From assembly GCA_050253415.1 (NCBI GenBank), contig JBFWJC010000006.1:1-64000 (forward strand): a stretch of 64,000 nucleotides of DNA, in the 5' to 3' direction. The first letter of the stretch is position 1. Each line of letters begins with the position of its first letter. Source of the DNA: Pedobacter sp. (lineage in GTDB: Bacteria > Desulfobacterota > Desulfuromonadia > Desulfuromonadales > Syntrophotaleaceae). The notes beneath the pieces were generated by a model. It saw nothing but the letters and a program-made list of their open reading frames with translations, made no database searches and had not been told where the DNA came from. Both the position numbers and the translations under genes were made by a program. This document shows, piece by piece, positions 59,672 through 64,000 of this stretch.

Positions 59672-62077
59672 CTAATGACAAACAGGTCCATCCGTACCAA
59701 GTACCTGATCTTTCTTAGCGGGACCGACCCCTACAGAAGCAGGGAATTTAAGTGACTGCTCGAGCACTTCATCCATATGTGATACAGGAATAATCTCCAA
59801 AGCAGCCAGGATCACCTCAGGAACCTCTTCAAGGTTCTTCTTATTATCTACAGGAATCAGGATACGTTTCAACCCAGCTCTTTTTGCTGCCAGCAGCTTT
59901 TCCTTCAAGCCGCCAATGGGAAGCACTCGACCCCGCAAGGTAATTTCACCGGTCATAGCCAGGTTACGATCCACCGGACGTTCCGTCAATGCAGACGCCA
60001 GGGCGGTGGCCATGGTAATGCCCGCAGAGGGACCATCCTTTGGGATAGCACCTTCAGGTACATGTATATGAATATCAATCTTATGGTAAAAGTCTTTTTC
60101 CAAATGCAATTCCTGCCACCGCGATCGTATGTAACTCAATGCGGCTTTGGCGGATTCCTGCATAACTTCGCCCAACTTGCCTGTAACCGTAAGTTTCCCG
60201 TTACCGGGCAAAACGGTTGTTTCGATAGTAAGGAGTTCCCCTCCCACTTCCGTCCAGGCCAATCCGGTGACAAGCCCAACGGAACTCTCCTCTTCCTTGA
60301 CGCCATATTCGTAGCGATGCACACCAAGATAGTTGCCGACTGATTCGCCATCAATGACAAAATGATCTTTTTTGTCTTTGGACATAACGACCTGACGCGC
60401 AACTTTTCTACAAATGTTGGCCACTTCGCGTTCAAGGTTTCTCACCCCGGCTTCCCGGGTAAAATTCCGGATGATCCGATAAATTGCATCGTTATCAAAA
60501 GCTACCCTTGCAGGATCAAGGCCATGAGCTTTAACTTGCTTGTTTACAAGGTATTTTTGCGCAATGTTCACCTTTTCGTCTTCGGTATATCCTTCAATAC
60601 GAATAACTTCCATCCGATCAAGAAGTGGTCGCGCTATACTGTGTAAACTGTTGGCCGTGGCGATAAACATGACATCCGACAGGTCATATTCCACCTCCAT
60701 ATAATGATCACCAAAGGTACTATTCTGCTCAGGATCAAGTACCTCAAGAAGAGCCGAAGAAGGATCCCCGCGAAAATCGCTGCTGACCTTATCAATCTCA
60801 TCCAGTAGAAAGACCGGGTTTTTAACCTCCACCTTCCGCATATTCTGGACAATTTTACCGGGCATAGCACCGATATAGGTACGCCTGTGACCACGGATTT
60901 CGGCTTCGTCTCGCAATCCACCAAGGGAAATACGTGCAAACTTGCGCCCCAGGGAGCGTGCAATAGATTTCCCCAAAGAGGTTTTCCCTACGCCGGGAGG
61001 CCCGACAAGACAAAGAATCGGACCCTTTATCTTTTTTACCAGTGCCTGGACCGCCAGATACTCAAGAATACGTTCTTTGACCTTGTCCAAACCGTAATGA
61101 TCGGCTTCAAGGATTTCTTCTGCGTAGACCATATCACGGCGATCCCGAGTTTTCTTTTTCCAGGGAACAGACACCAGCCAGTCGATATAGTTACGAACCA
61201 CTGTCGCCTCAGCCGAGGTAGGGGACATCATACGCAATTTGCGTAGTTCTCCAAATGCCCTTTCTTCGGCTTCCTTAGACATGTGCGACTGCTTGATACG
61301 CTCTTCCAGATCCTTTATTTCGGCTTTGAACTCGTCACTCTCTCCAAGCTCTTTTTGGATGGCGCGCATCTGCTCGTTGAGATAGTACTCTTTTTGACTG
61401 CGCTCCATCTGGCCCTTGACCCGGGATCGAATTTTCTTCTCGATCTCAAGGATCTCAACCTCGCGAGCAAGCAGAGTAATAAGCTTTTCAAGACGTAAAA
61501 TCGGGTCAAGATCGCTAAGTAGTTCTTGCTTTTCCTGAACTCTCAGACTCAGATGGGCAGCTACCGTATCCGACAACCGTCCTGGAGCTTGAGTCCCTGA
61601 AACGGACGCGGCCACCTCGGTTGGGATTTTTTTACTTAGCGAGACATAGGACTCGAAAAGCTCGCTAACACTGCGGAGCAGTGCCTCAAGCTCAGCACCT
61701 TCAACAACCTCGCTGTCTTCCAGGGGCGAAAAATCGACGTGAATGGACTCATCGGTTGCAGTCCAATGATTGATACGGCCCCTTTGTTTACCCTCGACAA
61801 GCACTTTTATAGTGCCATCGGGCAGTTTCAACAACTGGACGATATGGGCAAAGGTCCCGACCTCATAAACGTCGTCAAAAGAAGGATCATCAATCTGAGG
61901 ATCCTTTTGCGTAGCCAAGAAGATATGCTTTTCACCTTCCATAGCCTCTTCGAGAGCACTAATGGATTTATCGCGCGCCACAAATAGTGGTGTCACCATG
62001 GAAGGAAAAATGACAATATCGCGCAAAGGCAGCAACGGAGTTCCGTTGCTGCCTGTATTTGATTCCTGCATAGTCAT
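59672..62077 (-). CDS. lon: ATP-dependent protease Lon
   Basis: [35 protein letters not shown]. Confidence 0.97.
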   Translation of the reverse strand: MTMQESNTGSNGTPLLPLRDIVIFPSMVTPLFVARDKSISALEEAMEGEKHIFLATQKDPQIDDPSFDDVYEVGTFAHIVQLLKLPDGTIKVLVEGKQRGRINHWTATDESIHVDFSPLEDSEVVEGAELEALLRSVSELFESYVSLSKKIPTEVAASVSGTQAPGRLSDTVAAHLSLRVQEKQELLSDLDPILRLEKLITLLAREVEILEIEKKIRSRVKGQMERSQKEYYLNEQMRAIQKELGESDEFKAEIKDLEERIKQSHMSKEAEERAFGELRKLRMMSPTSAEATVVRNYIDWLVSVPWKKKTRDRRDMVYAEEILEADHYGLDKVKERILEYLAVQALVKKIKGPILCLVGPPGVGKTSLGKSIARSLGRKFARISLGGLRDEAEIRGHRRTYIGAMPGKIVQNMRKVEVKNPVFLLDEIDKVSSDFRGDPSSALLEVLDPEQNSTFGDHYMEVEYDLSDVMFIATANSLHSIARPLLDRMEVIRIEGYTEDEKVNIAQKYLVNKQVKAHGLDPARVAFDNDAIYRIIRNFTREAGVRNLEREVANICRKVARQVVMSKDKKDHFVIDGESVGNYLGVHRYEYGVKEEESSVGLVTGLAWTEVGGELLTIETTVLPGNGKLTVTGKLGEVMQESAKAALSYIRSRWQELHLEKDFYHKIDIHIHVPEGAIPKDGPSAGITMATALASALTERPVDRNLAMTGEITLRGRVLPIGGLKEKLLAAKRAGLKRILIPVDNKKNLEEVPEVILAALEIIPVSHMDEVLEQSLKFPASVGVGPAKKDQVLGTDGPVCH

Positions 62078-62116
62078 TATGATTCAGTATTTCCCGGCAA
62101 TCGTACCACCAACCAC

Positions 62117-63367
62117 CTAGGCCGATTCCGCACAGTCGTAAACGATTATAGGTTTGCCCTGCTGACGGATGACATCTTCATTGATGACAACTTCCTTAAC
62201 ACGATCTTGAGAAGGAATATCATACATGACGTCAAGCATGGCATTTTCAATAATAGAACGCAAACCACGCGCTCCGGTTTTACGCTTAAGAGCTTCTTCC
62301 GCTACGGCGACCAACGCACCATCGGTAAACTTGAGATGGACTTTCTCCATCTGGAAAAGCTTTTGATACTGTTTTACGAGGGCGTTTTTCGGCTCTTTAA
62401 GAATACGCACCAGCGATTCTTCATCAAGCTCTTCCAGAGTCGCGATGACTGCTAAACGACCAACAAATTCAGGGATAAGACCAAAGCGAATAAGGTCCAT
62501 GGGCTCGGTCATGGCAAGAATTTCACCCACACCCTGGTCCTTCTTCTCCTTGATTTCAGCGCCAAACCCCATAGCCTTACTGCCGCTACGCTGTTTGATA
62601 ACGCTCTCAAGACCGGAAAAGGCACCGCCACAAATAAACAGAATGTTTGTGGTGTCTACCTTGAGGAATTCTTGCTGCGGATGCTTGCGGCCACCCTTAG
62701 GGGGAACACTAGCGGTCGTACCTTCGATAATCTTAAGCAAAGCCTGCTGAACACCTTCCCCGGAAACATCACGAGTGATGGAGGGAGAGTCAGACTTGCG
62801 TGCGATTTTGTCGACCTCATCAATATAGATAATCCCGCGCTGCGCCTTTTCCAAATCGTAATCGGCGGCCTGCAAAAGATTCAGGATTATGTTCTCTACA
62901 TCCTCGCCAACATATCCAGCCTCAGTGAGGTTGGTCGCATCAGCAATGGCAAAAGGCACATTCAGCAAGCGCGCAAGCGTTTGAGCCAGCAATGTTTTTC
63001 CACTGCCGGTCGGCCCAAGCATGAGTATATTACTTTTCTGGATTTCTACATCGTCGCCATCCAGAATCGTTTCAACCCGCTTGTAATGATTATAAACAGC
63101 CACGGAGAGGACCTTTTTTGCCCTTTCCTGTCCGATTACGTATTCATCCAGAGCGTCTTTGATTTCTGAGGGGCGCGGTAAGCGCTTGGGGCCATTATCG
63201 GAGGTATCCTCCAGCTTGGCTTCTTCAGCAATGATGTCTTTGCACAATTCTATGCACTCATCGCAAATGTATACTTCAGGCCCTGCGATCAGCTTTTTGA
63301 CATCATCCTGTCCCTTGCCACAGAAGGAACAGGTTAGATATCCGGACTTCCCATCATGGTCGCTCAC
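62117..63367 (-). CDS. clpX: ClpX ATPase
   Basis: CSFCGK...CDEC zinc domain, [25 protein letters not shown] loop. Confidence 0.98.
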   Translation of the reverse strand: MSDHDGKSGYLTCSFCGKGQDDVKKLIAGPEVYICDECIELCKDIIAEEAKLEDTSDNGPKRLPRPSEIKDALDEYVIGQERAKKVLSVAVYNHYKRVETILDGDDVEIQKSNILMLGPTGSGKTLLAQTLARLLNVPFAIADATNLTEAGYVGEDVENIILNLLQAADYDLEKAQRGIIYIDEVDKIARKSDSPSITRDVSGEGVQQALLKIIEGTTASVPPKGGRKHPQQEFLKVDTTNILFICGGAFSGLESVIKQRSGSKAMGFGAEIKEKKDQGVGEILAMTEPMDLIRFGLIPEFVGRLAVIATLEELDEESLVRILKEPKNALVKQYQKLFQMEKVHLKFTDGALVAVAEEALKRKTGARGLRSIIENAMLDVMYDIPSQDRVKEVVINEDVIRQQGKPIIVYDCAESA

Positions 63368-63389
63368 AAAATCCTCCGTGCTAAAAAGC

Positions 63390-63974
63390 TTAGACTTTCC
63401 TTTTTACTATATCGTCAACGATACCATACTTTTTAGCTTCCTCGCTACCCATGAAAAAATCTCGCTCGGTATCGGCTGCAATTTTTTCAAAAGTCTGTCC
63501 GGAGTGCCTGGACAGCACACCATTCAGGGTCTCACGCATCCGCAGGATTTCCTGTGCATGGATATTAATATCGGTTGCTTGCCCCTGAAAACCACCCCAG
63601 GGCTGATGAATCATAATACGAGCATGAGGTAAAGCGAAGCGCTTACCTTCGGCCCCGGCTGCGAGTAAAACCGCACCCATACTTGCTGCCTGTCCGACAC
63701 AAAGAGTGGAAACCGGACAACGAACATATTGCATGGTGTCATAGATCGCCATGCCGGCAGTAACCACCCCACCGGGGGAGTTAACGTACAAAAAGATATC
63801 TTTTTCGGGGTCCTCGGATTCAAGGAACAGTAATTGGGCAATAATCAGATTTGCAACCTGATCATCAATGCCTCCACCCAAGAAGATAATGCGATCCTTG
63901 AGCAAACGAGAAAAGATATCATAAGCTCTCTCGCCTCTTCCTGTCTGCTCAACGACCATGGGGATAAGACTCAT
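63390..63974 (-). CDS. clpP: ClpP protease subunit
   Basis: [29 protein letters not shown]. Confidence 0.98.
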   Translation of the reverse strand: MSLIPMVVEQTGRGERAYDIFSRLLKDRIIFLGGGIDDQVANLIIAQLLFLESEDPEKDIFLYVNSPGGVVTAGMAIYDTMQYVRCPVSTLCVGQAASMGAVLLAAGAEGKRFALPHARIMIHQPWGGFQGQATDINIHAQEILRMRETLNGVLSRHSGQTFEKIAADTERDFFMGSEEAKKYGIVDDIVKRKV

Positions 63975-64000
63975 ACGATTACTCCTCTGCCATTTGGGGC

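Overview
This is a mostly core-genome window from an anaerobic Desulfobacterota bacterium. Gene content and order suggest Desulfuromonadales (Pelobacter/Syntrophotalea/Geobacter-like); that assignment is an inference. Most genes are on the minus strand. In order: the start of an hnd-type hydrogenase operon; yhbY, dgt, rsmD-coaD; yacG-queD-queE-creatininase; tRNA-Gly; a tRNA nucleotidyltransferase; an aminotransferase; an acuC deacetylase coupled to a cryptic GNAT-like gene; tRNA-Gln, pepN, gltX, a MEMO-family gene and tRNA-Cys. Next come an uncharacterised five-gene ion-motor operon (lipoprotein, MotA/ExbB-like, ExbD-like, atypical TonB-like, large exported helical protein) and a decayed OmpA/TSP3 gene, followed by prc. 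A redox patch follows (cytochrome P460 family, a degenerate Fe-S flavoprotein behind a Fur-like box, a small protein, a CoA-disulfide reductase-rhodanese fusion). The rest is ppaC, DUF3108, arsR-rlmI, bioW-bioF-bioH-bioC with a BirA operator, xseAB-ispA-dxs, an extended ParA, a T2SS/T4P hybrid cluster running into ftsEX-envC-ctpA, a duplicated tRNA-Asp/Val array and hup-lon-clpX-clpP. No CRISPR array, rRNA, integrase or intact transposase was seen. The best candidates for undescribed biology are the receptor-less ExbB/ExbD/TonB-like operon (17794-22978) and the AcuC/GNAT-like pair (9600-11559). All calls come from reading motifs by eye; no searches were run.
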